DNA of 64,000 bases from Squalus acanthias (GCA_030390025.1 CM059443.1:33604001-33668000); one strand, 5' to 3'; shown: positions 37,340 to 50,920, counted from the stretch's first letter. The notes: generated by a model from the letters alone, not told the origin. Numbers and translations are program-made.

Positions 37340-37975
37340 GCTGTTCTTCGACAGTACCTCCCAAGCCCGCGACCTCTACCACCTAGCAGGACAAGGGCAG
37401 CAAGCGCATGGCAACACCACCACCTGCAAGTTCCCCTCCAAGTCACACACCATCCTGACTTATAAGAACATAAGAAATAGGAGCAGGAATAGGCCATTTG
37501 GCATTTAATGAGATCATGGCTGATCTGATCTTGGGCTCAGCTCCATTTCCCTGCCCGCTCCCCATAACCCTTCACTCCCTTATTGTTCAAAAATCTGTCT
37601 ATCTCCACCTTAAATATATTCAATGACCCAGCCTCCACAGCTCTCTGGGGCAGAGAGTGCCACAGATTTACGACCCTCTGAGAGAAGAAATTCCTCCTCA
37701 TCTCAGTTTTAAATGGGCGACCCCTTATTCCGAAACTATGCCTCCTAGTTGTAGATTCCCCCATACTTGGAAGCATATCGGCCGTTCCTTCATCGTCGCT
37801 GGGTCAAAATCCTGGGACTCCCTGCCTAACAGCACTGTGGGAGTACCTTCACCACACAGGACTGCAGCGGTTCAAGAAGGCGACTCACCACCACCTTCTC
37901 GAGGGCAACTAGGGATGGGCAATAAATGCCGGCCTTGCCAGCAACGCCCACATCCCATGAACGAATAAAAAAAAA
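37340..37975 (+). mobile_element. CR1-group family 2 3' end interrupted by a minus-strand CR1 3' fragment (37465-37775)
   Basis: The host resumes at TATCGGCCGTTCCTTCATCG; the insert has RRNFFSQRVVNLW and an aacataag tail. Confidence 0.8.
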
Positions 37976-38134
37976 TCTGGGACAGTAGCACCCAGAGGTC
38001 AGTTTGGCATCACGCTCTGGCAAGTAGAATACAATGTAAAGCTGCCTTTACAGACACCTATCTGTTGGTGCTAAATTGTGACCTCCCAAAGGTGGCTGCT
38101 GCGCTGGTGTTTTAACTAGTTTTCAGGTTTTAAG

Positions 38135-38280
38135 AACTGAAAATGCTGGAAAGACTCAGCAGGTTAGACAGCCTCTGTGGAGAGAGAAACCGAGTTAACG
38201 TTTCGGATCGATTGACCTTTCATCAGAACCGGAAGCTGCCCGACCTGCTGAGTGTTTCGGCATTTTGCTTTTGTTCAGAA
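38135..38280 (-). mobile_element. PLE family 2 fold-back remnant with hammerhead (38193-38231, minus strand)
   Basis: Minus strand reads GGTT-CTGATGA-AAGGTCAATCGATCC-GAAACGTT-AACT. Confidence 0.75.
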
Positions 38281-38369
38281 TCTCTTCTCTTCCCCACCCC
38301 CGCCCCCCGGCCCCAGGCCATCGATTTCCCTTCTCCCTCTCCGGGAGCTGGTGATTCCTGCTTGGGTTA

Positions 38370-38815
38370 CAGTTCTGGGCGAGACCAGAACTAGGGGCCA
38401 CAAATATAAGATAAGAACATAAGAAATAAGAGCAGGGGGAGGCCATACGGCCCCTCGAGCCTGCTCCGCCATTCAATAAGATCGTGGCTGATCATCGACC
38501 TTAACTCCACTTTCCCGCCCGATCTCCATATCCCTTGATTCCCCTGTAGTCACTAATAAATCCAATAAGGAATTCAGGAGAAACTTCTTTACCCAGAGAG
38601 TGGTGAGAATGTGGAACTTGCTACCACGGGGAGTAGTTGAGGCGAATAGTATAGATGCATTTAAGGGGAGGCTAGATAAACACATGGGGGAGAAAGGAAT
38701 AGAAGGTTCTGCAGATAGGGTTAGATGAAGAGGTGTGGGAGGAGGCTCGTGTGGAGCATAGACACCGGCATGGCCCAGTTGGGCCGAATGGCCTGTTTCT
38801 GTGCTGTAAATATTT
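38370..38815 (+). mobile_element. CR1 3' fragment with a nested minus-strand CR1 tail (38410-38545)
   Basis: Matches 56000-56300 and 14929-15070. Confidence 0.75.
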
Positions 38816-40056
38816 TGTAATTGTAATACTTTATGGAGGAAAAATTCAGTTGCTTTGCGCTTCCAGTTAGTACCCTAAAAGTAGCAGCTCGGCAAAGTTA
38901 GTGCCCCAAAGAGGGTGCGACTCCATTTTTCCCCCTATAAGTTCAATAGGACACAGCAGCCCTCCAGTACAATGGTCCGTCTTCCGTGTGTGAGCGTAGG
39001 CCATGTATGTATGTATGTATATAGTGTCTTATCACATTGCTCAGAAATGTTTGTGTTGTGCAGGCAATTATGGCAGCCATTTTGTGCACAGCAAGAACCC
39101 ACAAACAGCAATGACATGATTTGAGCAGTTCACCTGTTTTGGGGGGGGTATTGGTTGAGGGTGGCATGTTGGCCAGGATCCTCAGATCTCTCTACCGAGC
39201 TTCAGTTAGTGCCCGAATAAGCGCCTCAGTTTAATGGCTTATCTGAAAATAAGATTTACGTGCGTTAAGTTCTGGAGTCGGGCTCGAGTCCACCAGCGTG
39301 TGGGTCAGTGAAAGGGTTAACCTCTGCAGTTTACTGATGTGAACTTGCAAGAAGAGCAGTGGATGGTAAGAACCTATTGTGTGAGAGAATGTTCCACAAA
39401 CAGCAGGAAATGATATGTAAACTGTAGCTGTATTTAGAGAGATCAATGTACAGATGTTACAGTTGAAATTTTATCACAGGCGCGCTCGTTGCCACTCGAG
39501 AAGAGACCTGGGGCCTGATTTCCCCCTGAGCAGGCGTAACTGTTGTTGCAGTTGGAATACTTCAATTTGCCCTAAAACGTAACGTAAGTGGAAAATATGA
39601 AGATTTGCCGGTCTTAATAACCACAAAGTGGACTTTCCATACTGTACTGGCCATTTTCCTTATCCCAAAGGAATAGGAGATGGTAATTCTTTGTGCCCTT
39701 CAAAAAATTACTATAGGGTAGAAATTACTCTTAACGATTATGGGACGCGATTACTTTTTTATTCATTCCTGGGATGTGGGCGTCGCTGGCAAGACCAGTA
39801 TTTAGTGCCCATCCCTAGTTGCCCCTTGAGAAGGTGGTGGTGAGCCGCCTCTTGAACCGCTGCAGTCCGTGCGGTGAAGCTAGTCCCACAGTGCTGCTAG
39901 GGAGGGAGTTCCAGGATTTTGACCCAGCGACGATGAAGGAACGGCGATGTATTTCCAAGTTAGGATGTTGTGTGACTTGGAGGTGGTGGTGTTCCCGTGC
40001 ACCTGCCGCCCTTGTCCTTCTAGGTGGTAGAGGTCGCCGGTTCGGGGAGGTACTGA

Positions 40057-40797
40057 ATGGCCCAGAGTTTGCTGGAGTGGGGCATCTCGTGCTGCGCCCC
40101 GTTAGTTCGGCTTTATCCCTCACCCTTTCAGCTGGAAAAACAGCTGCCCTGTAAGTTGCTGGAAGTGTGGGCTGATAACGCCGCGGCGAGGGCAACAGGG
40201 CTGTCTGGGAACGACAGGGCCAACAGTCTATCTCCTTAACCAGTGAGAGTTCAGAATTGAGAAAGGAACAGAGGAATGACCGAGAAAGAAATGGGATGAA
40301 TTAGAGTCAAATCAGGCACAGAAAAAGAAATAAAGAGAGGGAAAGAAAGATTGGATTAAGAGAAAGAAAAAAATACAGAAGGGAAAAAGTAAGAAAAAAA
40401 AATAAAATTTGTCATTTTTAAAAAAGCATTAAAAACAATTTACCACCTGCAGGAATGAGATTCCACAATTTAAATTGTTCTGGAGAGGTTGATTGGCATT
40501 GCAGGAACATAAATCTCCTCATTAAAAAGGTCCTTTAAGCCCTAACTTTCTGCGGCGAGTTTAATTGGCAGTTAATGCGCAAATCCAGCAACTTCTTGAA
40601 ACTCGCGGGGGAGGTTGAGGGCGAGCTGCCGTTTCCGCAAGGCTAACGGCGGACAGGCACAAACCGTCCAGCAACTTGTGGCGATTCGCAACTCACTCTG
40701 AATCTCTTCTTCGCCACAAGTTGCTGGACGATTCACACATTAATAACGGCGAGCGGCATTAAACGCACCGTTATTTTGGCAGCAAATTCAGAGCCAA
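40057..40797. mobile_element. Older MITE-like element with imperfect TIRs
   Basis: TGGCCCAGAGTTTGCTG at left versus CAGCAAATTCAGAGCCA at right; internal inverted CCAGCAACTTGTGGCGA / TCGCCACAAGTTGCTGG. Confidence 0.55.
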
Positions 40798-42102
40798 TAT
40801 GACATTGCTTCCTTCGTTAATCAATGGAGGTGTTAACCCATGGGCTAATGCCGCCATTGAAACAATGGACAGGTGAATGACATACGAACAGCTTTGCCTG
40901 TATTTTCTTGCCAGCAGTAATGTTTACTCTGTACTCTGCCTTACGGCTGGAATATAGTCATGCTGGGGCTCCACATCACCAATTTGGTGACACATACCAT
41001 GAGATTTTTTGCATGTCATGCTACCTGCCTTTGGTAACCACGGCAAATGCATGCAATGGGTGAACTGCCTGCACCCTACTCCAGTAACTCACTACCGTTG
41101 GCCCTTATATAGGGTTAAGTTGGGGACCTTCCTCTCCTGAAGATATGGAGTAATGAGAAGTCCTCTTGTACCCTGCCCAAGTGGTTGTCGACCCTGGATT
41201 GATGCTGTTCCCTCATCAGAGGCCAATCTTTCGATCACTAATTCCCTGCTCTTTGGAACTCTTTTGACAAAATTACTCTGTCCTCCTTCAGGTCTCCTTA
41301 AAACTTATCTCTTTCACTATGCCTTTGGTTCCTCCTCTCTTCCCCGCAACCCCCCCCCCCCCCATCTCTTCCTGTGGGAAGGAGAAGGGCGGGACGAGGC
41401 TCGTATGGAGCACAAACACCGACCGGCATGGACCAGTTGGGCCAAATGGCCTGTTTCTCTGCTGTAAAAGCATTGTCCTCTCCTCCATGTACATTGTGGC
41501 TTCTAAGTGAGGGATTTTCTGTAGATTCAATTTGTTGATCCATCCTCACTGAAATAGGAAAAGGTTAAGAACTTGGGCGCCAATCCATCTATGCCACACT
41601 TGACAAAGAGAAAGCAGAAATGCAGTTGGATGATAGACTTTTGGATGCTAAGGGAATCAAGAGATTAGGGGATAGTGCAGGAAGGTGGAGTTGAGGTAGA
41701 AGATCAGCCATGATCTTATTGAATGGTGGAGCAGGCTCAAAGGGCCGAGTGGCCTACTGCTGCTCCTATGTCTTGCCTTCTTCTGAGCAAGCTCGCATGC
41801 TGCAGCATGGGCAAACTAACTTGCGTAGCAGATCTGCGTTGGGTATATATGTCTCGGGAGGCACCGGGCGAAAACTGCAGGGGAATTTATTTTCAGTCGG
41901 AATGTTTCCATTCCCCTCTGTAATGAGGAGCTTGAGAGCAGAGAAAGTGCAGTTTGAGGTCTGTGCTGAGTTAGCTGATCTCGACTGGAGTAGCGATCGA
42001 GGGGTTTCAGTTGGCCGCAGCATCCTTGGGCTGATGTGGGAGGAGTGGTGGGGGGGGTTATCTGGTATTGCTCAATAACCAGTAATACCTCCTGAAACCT
42101 TG

Positions 42103-42387
42103 GGGGCCCCGATTTTTAACTCCAGGTAGATTCCCCGCTCAGGCCTGAGTTAAAATGACAGTCGTCATCGGGCGTCAATTATGATGTCACCGGACTGCAG
42201 CATGCAGATGTAAAGAAGGACCCCGTTGGCTCCGGGCGCCTGTCCTTTGCCGCCTGCTCAGGAGAGCGGGTTAAAATTGCAGACGTTGCGATCATGGCGG
42301 CTTTCGGACAGGTAAGAGCCCAGGGCGATTTTTAACTGCCCACCCGCCAGGTTTCTGCTGAGCGAGTCGGGTTAAAAATCGCCCCCC
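42103..42387. mobile_element. MITE with GGGGC termini (Harbinger-like)
   Basis: GGGGGC..GATTTTTAAC at left, GTTAAAAATCGCCCCCC at right, repeated internal GTTAAAA motifs. Confidence 0.65.
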
Positions 42388-42547
42388 TTTTTGCTGGCAT
42401 TGGATGAGAACACGATTGGGCTCACCATTACTGGCGCCTGGAGTCCAAGCACTCTGCTGACCTCACTGTTCTGGCTCGCACGAAGAATTGCCACTTGAGT
42501 GAAACACTGTAGAACATCAGATGCCCGACACTGCAATTGGATGAAGA

Positions 42548-42975
42548 GAAAGAAAGACTTAGATTTCTGTAGCGCCTTTCACGACCTCAGGACGTCCCAA
42601 AGCGTTTTACAGCCAATGAACTTTTTTGGGTGTAGTCACTGTTGTAATGTAGGAAACGCGACAGCCAATTTGCGCACAGCAAGCTCCCACAGACAGCATT
42701 GTGATAATGACTAGATCATTTGTTTTTTTTAGTGATGTTGATTGAGGGATAAATATCGGCCCCAGGACACCGGGGAGAACTCTCTTGCTCTTCAAAATAG
42801 AGAGCAGATGGGACCTCGTTTTAACGGCTCATCCGAAAGACGGCACCTCTGACAGTGCAGCACCCCCTCAGTACTGCACTGGAGTGTCAGCCTAGATCTT
42901 TGTGCTCAAGTCTGTGGATTGGGATTTGAACCCACAACCTTCTGACTCAGAGGCACGAGTACTACCCACTGAGCT
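42548..42975 (-). mobile_element. DeuSINE
   Basis: Family match. Confidence 0.85.
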
Positions 42976-43544
42976 ACCTCGGGTTCACAGTCATCCTCTG
43001 TGGGCTGTCTGAACTTGTACTGGATGCCCTTGAGTGGGTAGCAAGGAAAAGTTTCTTGGCCCAAGGAGATGAGGTGATTGACCAGGTTGGTGGTTCTTAG
43101 CTACACCGGTAATTCGCAGTTGTGGTTGGATGCCGGTTTAAATGTTGTCCACATCTCCAGCAGCACGTAAGGGGGAAATTAGCCAGGAGTGACGAGAGGC
43201 TGCTGCCCTTTGTCACCAGCTGTTGTCCAGGATCAAGAACAGTATTTTTAAAGGCCTAGTGAAGGGGCTATCTTAGCTGATGAGTGGTATGTGACCCGGG
43301 GGTAGGATTTAACAAAAAGGAACTGCTTCGAACTCTGTTTCTGCTATATGTTTGAAAATGATGAGAATGTATTGAGGAACTGAGGAGACCGCAAGTTAAA
43401 CTTAGCACAAGGAATAGCCCCTTCATGCTTGCACATTGACGTGAAAATAAAGTCTACCAGTTAATGTACTAAATGTCTGTTGAAGCAGTCAGAAGCAGTT
43501 AGTTCCATCTCTGGTTCAGCAAAGAGAGAAGTTAGTTTTACATT

Positions 43545-44080
43545 GAATTTACAGCACAGAAACAGGCCATTCGGCCCAACTGGTCTATGCCAACGTTTAT
43601 GCTCCACACGAGCCTCCAACCACCCTTCTAACCCTATCAGCATATCCTTCTATTCCTTTCATCCTCATGTTTGTCTAGCTTCCCCTTAAATGCATCTTTG
43701 CTATTTGCCTCAACTACTGTTATCCAGTGCCTCCAGTGAGTTCCACATTCTATCCACTCTCTGGGTACTGAATTCCCTATTGGATTTATTAGTGACTGTC
43801 TTATATTTATGGTCCCAGTTTTGGACTCCCCCACAAGTGGAAGCATCTTCTCTATATCTACCCCATCAAATCCCTTCCTAATTTTAAAGACCTCTATTAG
43901 GTCACCACCCAGCCTCTCTTTTCTAGAGAAAAGAGCCCCAACCTGTTCAGCCTTTCCTGATAAGTATAACTTCTCAGTTCTGGTATCATTCTTCTTTTGC
44001 ACCTTCTCCATTGCCTCTATATCCTTTATATAATATGGAGACCAGAACTGTGTGGTCTGATCAAGGTTCGATACAAGTTT
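43545..44080 (-). mobile_element. CR1 3' fragment
   Basis: QFWSPYYIKDIEAMEKVQ...GDLIEVFKI.KGFD. Confidence 0.85.
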
Positions 44081-44929
44081 TTGGATTGGAAAATTGAGAA
44101 AAATGTCAGAATGGGTCCTGAACAAGACTGGGTATTGCAGTGCAGTGGATGGGCTAGTGGCCATTTCTCATTCATGTACGCTTACATATTCTTAAAATCA
44201 TTTGACGTTACTATCACGTGACGCCCAAGTCACTGGATCCAGTAAGCAGGCTCCACTATACCGTCAATTCAGCTATTGCCAAATAGATCAGCTCTTCCAT
44301 TTATAAGAAAAAAAATTCCCATCCCTCCGGTCTTCTCCTCCTTTATCTCCTGAAGATATGAAATGGGAAAGAAATTTTTATTAGGGTACAAGGTCTGTAC
44401 CTTCCCAATCCCCTCCAGAACTAGGTGTCTGAGAGAGGAGAGAGTTCAATGTTCAGTCTATATTAGTATGCTGATCTCCATCAGGGTAGTGATAAGAACA
44501 ATACAATTGGCGGCAGCACTTCTGGTACAGTTCCATGGCTGCCAACTGCCCTCTGCTACCTTGCCCAAGTGGTTGTTCTTCATGTGTCAGCCTGAGCGAT
44601 GAATACTGGGTACCTATTCAACTTTGGGAGGCATTTTAATCGCTCAACCATTGGTGGCCGTGCCTTCAGCTGCCGAGGCCCTAAGCTCTGGGATTCCCTC
44701 CCTAAGCCTCTCCGTCTCTCTCCTCCTTAAAACCTACCTCTGACCAAGCTTTTGGTTATCTGTCCTAATATCTCTTTATGTGGCTCTGTGTCAATGTTTC
44801 TTTTATAACACTCCTGTGAAGCACCTTGGGTCGTTTTACTACGTTAAAGGTGCTATATAAATATGTCATTGTTGTATTACAGCAGAGCCCAATTATTGTC
44901 TCACCAACATCAACATTGAGATGTTTTGA

Positions 44930-45445
44930 TGGAGTATTCCAGCTGTGGCCTAACTAGCGTTTTGTACAGCTCCATCATAACCTCCCTGCTCTTATATTCT
45001 ATGCCTTGGGTAATGAAGGCAAGTATCCCGTATGCCTTTTTAACCACCTTATCTACCTGTCCTGCTGCCTTCAGGGTTCTATGTACATGCACACCAAGGT
45101 CCCTCTGATCCTCTGTCCTTCCTAGGGTCCTACCATTCATTGTGTATTCCCTTGCCTTGTTAGTCCTCCCAAAATGCATCACCTCACACTTTTCAGGGTT
45201 AAATTCCATTTGCCACTGTTCTGCCCATCTGACCAAGCCGTCTGTATCGTCCTGTAGCCTGAGGCTTCCCTCCTCGCTATTTACCACTCCACCAATTTTC
45301 GTGTCATCTGCAAACTTACTGATCATACCTCCTACATTCATATCTAAATCATTAATGTACACTACAAACAGCAAAGGACCCAGCACCGATCCCTGCGGTA
45401 CACCACTGGACACAGGCTTCCAGTCACAAAAACAACCTTCATCCA
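44930..45445 (-). mobile_element. CR1 RT fragment
   Basis: SGVPQGSVLGPLLFVVYINDLD..SKFADDTK..WAEQWQMEFNPEKC. Confidence 0.92.
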
Positions 45446-45477
45446 CACATGCACATTTCTAACAGGAGTTACTGTTG

Positions 45478-45715
45478 CTTAGGCCCTAAAATCTGGAATT
45501 CCCTGCCTAAACCTCTCCGCCTCGCCACCTCTCTTTCCTCCTTTAAGGCGCTCCTTAAAACCTACCTCTTTGACCAAGCTTTTGGTCACCTGCCCTAATT
45601 TCTCCTTATGTGGCTCGGTGTCAAATTTTTTGTCTTATAATACTCCTGTGAAGCGCCTTGGGACGTTTTACTATGTTAAAGGCGCTATATAAATACAAGT
45701 TGTTGTTGTTGTTGT
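45478..45715 (+). mobile_element. L2 3' end
   Basis: GGCGCTATATAAATACAAG(TTG)n tail; reverse complement of 58629-58860. Confidence 0.85.
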
Positions 45716-45749
45716 GTAATGACTAAGTGATAACTTTGGCTCGCTGCTT

Positions 45750-46528
45750 CCATTCCGGGTAAAAAACCCTGCTCCCAACCCACCTCCATGCCATCTTCCT
45801 GGGAGGCGGGAACCCGAGTCACGCAGGGACCTGTCTCCTTGAGGCGGGAAGGGGATTACAGTCATTTAACTGCCTGTTAACAGGTAGTTAACAGGCAGTT
45901 AAGAGGATTATTCCCATTTTACCCCTGCAAGTGCGGGCTTCCCGACGGCTGCGAACCTCGCCAGGGTCAGCGAGGCGAGCAGTGGGTCTGCGGGGGTGAG
46001 AGGGGTCGAAAAGTGCGCTGTGGAGGTGAGTGATGGGTGCAAGTGTGGAGAGGTTAGTATGTGAGGTGAGTGTAAAGTGTTAGAAAAAGTTTACTTACCT
46101 TTGTTTCTTCCTGCAGGCTTCAACCTTTGGGGATCCGGAGGTGCCTCATCTCAACGGCAGAGATGACAGAATGGCTGCTGCATTCTCAGATGCAGCAGCC
46201 ATCTGATTTCTGCTCAGGAGAGAGGTTTGGTGAGTTTTCAGTACAAGGACTCACCGTAGAACAGAGATTGTCAGTGTTTGACAGCTTCTCAAAGCTGTCA
46301 AACGCTGACAATTCATCTGTCAAAAATTTTTGACAGATGAAACGTCATACGCTGACGTCCTCTGTCACCGGCTTTCCCTTAATTGGCCGGCTAAGCTCGG
46401 AGGGCGGGCTTAACAAGGTCAATCAAGGGAAAGTAGCATGGGTTGGCCGGACGGCGTTGGGGGCGGGACTAAAACCCAAAAACCAGCAGTCCCGCCCCCA
46501 ACGCGCCCTCATTGACAAAATCCATCCC
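45750..46528. mobile_element. Longer member of the 33368-33763 DNA transposon family, hairpin-rich
   Basis: Shares both sub-terminal regions and the right TIR TGACAAAATCCATCCC; carries ~440 bp of extra internal sequence; left TIR not found. Confidence 0.75.
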
Positions 46529-48754
46529 CTAGTTCTGGAGGGGATTGGGAAGGTACAGACCTTGTACCCTAAAAAAATGTCTTTCCCATTTCATAGGAAC
46601 AGGAGGAGGCCATTCAGCCCCTCGAGCCTGTTCCGCCATTCAATTAGGTCAAGGCTGATCTGTATCTTAACTCCACCTAACAGCCGTGGTTCCTTAACCC
46701 TTAATGCCCTTTCCTAACAAAAATCTATCAATCTCTGAAACTGGAGCAGCAAATTAAAAGCGTTTAACTTAATCCCAGCCATCATTTCTAGTCAGAACAG
46801 CCTTGTACTCCTTTTTTCCTCCGAGGAGAAGTGTTTGTTGCTGGAGTGTCCAAGCTGCAGCCTGCAGGCATATCCAGCTCACCGTTGGATCTTTCTTGCT
46901 CTACCGGTTTCTCCTGTTTGGATACTGTGGGCTTGGAGGTTCTGTTCCAAGCGTTGTATCCTCATTGGTCAATAATCTGAACGGCAAGGTTCGTGCAGTA
47001 TCAGCAGCTTGAGCTTTATCCAAGATTAATAGAAACATTTATTTGAACTTTGCCAGCAAATCTCCCGTGGTATTGATCATTGGAAGTCAGACCATTTGCT
47101 GTTTTCTTCGTTGTACTTCATTGGCTGTAAAGCGCTCTGGGTTGTCCGGTGGTCGTGAAAGGCGCTATATAAATGCAAGTCTTTCCGTCTGTCCGTAGGA
47201 GTATTATACTGTGTAACGCAGTGTTTTGTTCTGCTATGTCCTGGGCCAATATCTATTCCTCAACCAGCATCACTAAAAACAGATTATCAGGTCATCATCA
47301 CATTGCTGTTTGTGGGAGCTTGCTGTGCACAGAATTGGCTGCCACGTTTCCTACATTTCATTCAGCAGTGACTACATTTAAAGAAAAAACCTCATTGGCT
47401 GTAAAGCGCTTAGGGATGTCCTGCGGTCGCGAAAAGCGCTTAGAAATGCACGTCTGTCTTTTAAATTTTCCTTTGCTACGATAGAGCTGAGTGTAACTTA
47501 GCGCATTCTTTTAAGGTCACAACACTTAACTGCCGCGCCTGCCTGTGGTCAGTCAAGGGTTCGTTGTCTTGAGGCCGATCTTGAGGTCAGAAAGAAGCGG
47601 CTGGCTTTTCACTTTCTGAGATATTTTGCATGTGCGATGGGACACCTCTCGTTTATTTTTATGCCCATAACTAGCAAATCTCCCATGACAAGTGAGAAGG
47701 TATGGCTTTTTGGAAGGAAGTGGTTCCGATGTGGCATCTGTTGCCTCAGTTGAGACTGTGTGGTTTGTTGAAAAGGGTTATTTGATTTCATACAATCACA
47801 TAGCACAGAAGGAGACCATTCGGCCCTTCGTGCCTGTGCCGGCTCTTTGAAAGAGCTTTCCAATTAGTCCCACTTCCCCCTGCTCTTTCCCCAATAGCCC
47901 TGCAAATTTTTCCTTTTCAAGTATTTATCCAGTTCCCTTTTGAAAGTTACTATTGAATCTGCTTCCACCGCCCTTTCAGGCAGTGCATTCCAGAGCAAAA
48001 CCAACTCGTTGCTTAAAAAAATTTTTTTTTAAAGGAGAGGAAACCAAAAGCGTGTAGAAAAGGATTTTTTTTTAAAATATTGGGATCAGGAATGGAGGGA
48101 AAAAAACATGAATGTGGGATTAAAAGAGTGGGGTTGGAAACTGAAAAATAGCAGATAGCCACATTGGGGAGAGTTTTTAAGAGCAAAGGTGGGAATGGGA
48201 CAGGGTGTGCGGATTTAATTCAGTCCCCATTTAAAGTTGTACAATGGGTCCTTGCTTTTAAAGTTCCATGATTATTTTCTGTGGCCACATTTATCCTGGA
48301 AGCTGCCTGGGGAAACTTGTCATCCTGTAATTACACTTGCAGGTGGTAGCACTGCAGCGCCTCTACAGGCAGGAGGGTGTCACTGGAGTGTGACATGTTT
48401 ACACAGATTCCATTTATAAATGTGGACATACTAATTTATAATGGGAAAAAAGTGACAGGAGGTGCACACAGATGTAAGATTTTTAATATATTAATAGGTA
48501 TAGATTTTTTTATATATATATATTTGTACACAACTACGTTACCCACAAAGAGATAAAGTTTGGTCACTACTGGTATGAAGGATGAGCATGTTTTGTGCAC
48601 AAGCCAATTCTAAAATAGTATATGCGCGAAAAATAGTTTTAGCCCTGCAATGTTCAAAGGGCCACCCCTCTTTCTCCATCACCTCCCCCCAAAGGGATGA
48701 CTAGAAGTGTTTGTAGTCTAGCCTGACTTCATTCTTGATATATGGGCATTGTTA

Positions 48755-49090
48755 GGAAAGCCAGCATTTATTGCCCACCCCTAGTTGCCCTTGAGAAGGT
48801 GGTGGTGAGCCGCCTTCTTGAACCGCTGCAGTCCCGTGTGGTGAAGGCGCTCCCACAGTGCCGTTAGGGAGGGGGCTCCAGGATTTTGACCCAGCGACGA
48901 TGAAGGAACGGCCGATATATTTCCAAGTCAGGATGGTGTGTGACTTGGAGGGGAACTTGGAGCTGGTGGTGTTCCCCTGCGCCTGCTGCCGTTGTACTGC
49001 TAGGTGATGGCAGCTGCTGCCGAAGAAGCCTTGGCGAGTTGCTGCAGTCCTGTAGATAGTACACACTGCAGCCACGGTGCACCGGTGTTG
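48755..49090 (-). mobile_element. CR1-group family 2 3' fragment
   Basis: Collinear with 16170-16510. Confidence 0.8.
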
Positions 49091-49519
49091 AAAAGAAAAA
49101 CTGCAAATGTTCGAAATCAAAATAAAAGCAGGAATTGTGAATGCACATCTGGTCTGTTTGCATCTAAAGAGTAAAGATAGGTTAACATTTTGACACAACT
49201 GTTAAAAGCTGGAGCTAAGGGACTGGCTTTGCACAGAAGTTCTTTATTGAAACAATTTATTAGCTGCTAATGTGGCCCAGCGAGCTCATTATGTATAAAT
49301 TTTACATTGTCTAATATAATAGATGAAATGAGTACAGTATATGCAGAGTTTAAACTTGCCTCGGGTATCTTTGACAAATTTTGCTACTCATCCACAGATA
49401 CAGTGGAACTTCCATTATCTGCCATTTTGGAGGGACACTCTAATGTGAATTGGTGAATAGAGTCCCAAATTTTTGTCTTGCCTGTTTGATAAAGCAACAC
49501 CGTAGATGTGGGAGATTAA

Positions 49520-50083
49520 GGGGGAAAATTGGGTCGCGCCCCCTTTGGGGCGCTAACTTCGCCGGGGCACTACTTTTAGCGCCCCGAAAAAGTTTGCACC
49601 CACACGCCCGAAATTCACTGGTAGCGCCCCAAAGAGGGAGGCGGAGCGCTACTGGAAGCGCCCCCCTCCCTCTTGGGGCGCTGCGAGTGAATATCACGGC
49701 GCTACGTGCAGCAGCTCATAGAGGAGTGCCGGGTTCACGGAGCGCAGCCGGCACCCCGCGGGGGGCGGGGGGCTTCACAGGAGGCCGGGGACAGCAACGG
49801 GGGGCAGGTGCTGGCAGCCGCCCGGCACCTTCCCTTTAATTTGCGCCGCCCCGGCTGCACGTACGCCCCACCCCCCGACCCTGTCGGACATGGTGTCTGG
49901 CGGTAAGTCAGGGGGCGCTACCGAAGATCGCGGCCGGGGCGCTGCGCACGGCGATGAGGCGCCGCGGGGCACTAACTGTTACCGCCGCCACTAACCTCCC
50001 GCTGAATTTCGCGGGAGGCGTCAGCGGTGCCGCGCCCTAAGAGGCCGCTAACAGGAAGTGCAAATCAACTGAATTTTCCCCCC
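49520..50083. mobile_element. GC-rich PIF/Harbinger-type MITE
   Basis: TIRs GGGGGAAAATT / AATTTTCCCCC, TAA on both flanks, repeated GGCGCTA/TAGCGCC motifs. Confidence 0.75.
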
Positions 50084-50872
50084 TAAGATTAGTAGAATAC
50101 AAATATTGTAAATTGGATCCAAACATCCTTAAGCTGTGAGGTCGATTTGTGCCACGGAGGAGCAAATTGGGAATCGTGGGCTAAGTAACAAGATAACGGC
50201 CCACACCAGGCTTTGCCCGGTAAAAGTTTTGGTGGATAACCAGAAGGCGAGTAATTGGAGTACAAACAATGGAAATTGCACTGTGAGTTCACATATACTG
50301 TTACTATTTAATTTGGCTCTAGTTTTAAAAACCAACTGCGCAAGTTTAAATTGTTGCACGGATTTAATATCAAGCAGGAAGTGCAGGCAGCCAGAATGGT
50401 TTGTTTTTTGGCCAGGAGCGGAGAATTCTGGAGCTGTCTGCATTATTTTTAATACTATCTGAGTCATAGCTGCAGTTTGTTTTAATGCTAAATTTGGAGT
50501 GGTCAGATCTGAGCAATCGGTCCTGAGTTTTCCATTGAAAGGACGATAAACTTTCATCTTTGAACTACAGTAATAATAATTTTTGTTTAAATCCTCTCCC
50601 CCCCCCCCCCCCCCCCAGCCCCACCCTAGTTACTTTCTCACACACTACCTTATTTCCCATTTTATTCCAGTTCAAAGTATAGACCAAGGATTTAGATCCT
50701 TGCCCCCAAGACCCATTATTGGTCAGAATTGGAAAAACCGAGCCTAAGATTAATCTCGCCCATTTTGAACAAGTAAATACAGCTGTTGCAGCTTGTGCTG
50801 GCTTTGTAAGCGGCGGAGAACCAGAATTGTCTTTGAAAGTAATCGAATGTTTTCTTTTCTAATCTCTTGCAG

Positions 50873-50920
50873 AGTGGCTGGAATTCATGTGAACATGTTG
50901 AAGAGAAAGAAGCCTCATAG
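50873..50920 (+). other. Candidate 48-nt internal exon of the host gene
   Basis: Acceptor tttcttttctaatctcttgcag| with a CTAAT branch-like motif and donor AG|gtaaag, in non-repetitive sequence; one open frame VAGIHVNMLKRKKPH. Confidence 0.35.

Noticed and set aside
49520-50083. CpG-island promoter
   Set aside because: The GC-rich block is bounded by TIRs and TAA duplications, so a MITE explains it
50895-50920. SAMSN1/SASH3-like N-terminus (MLKRK)
   Set aside because: Only five residues match and the following sequence differs; insufficient to assign a gene
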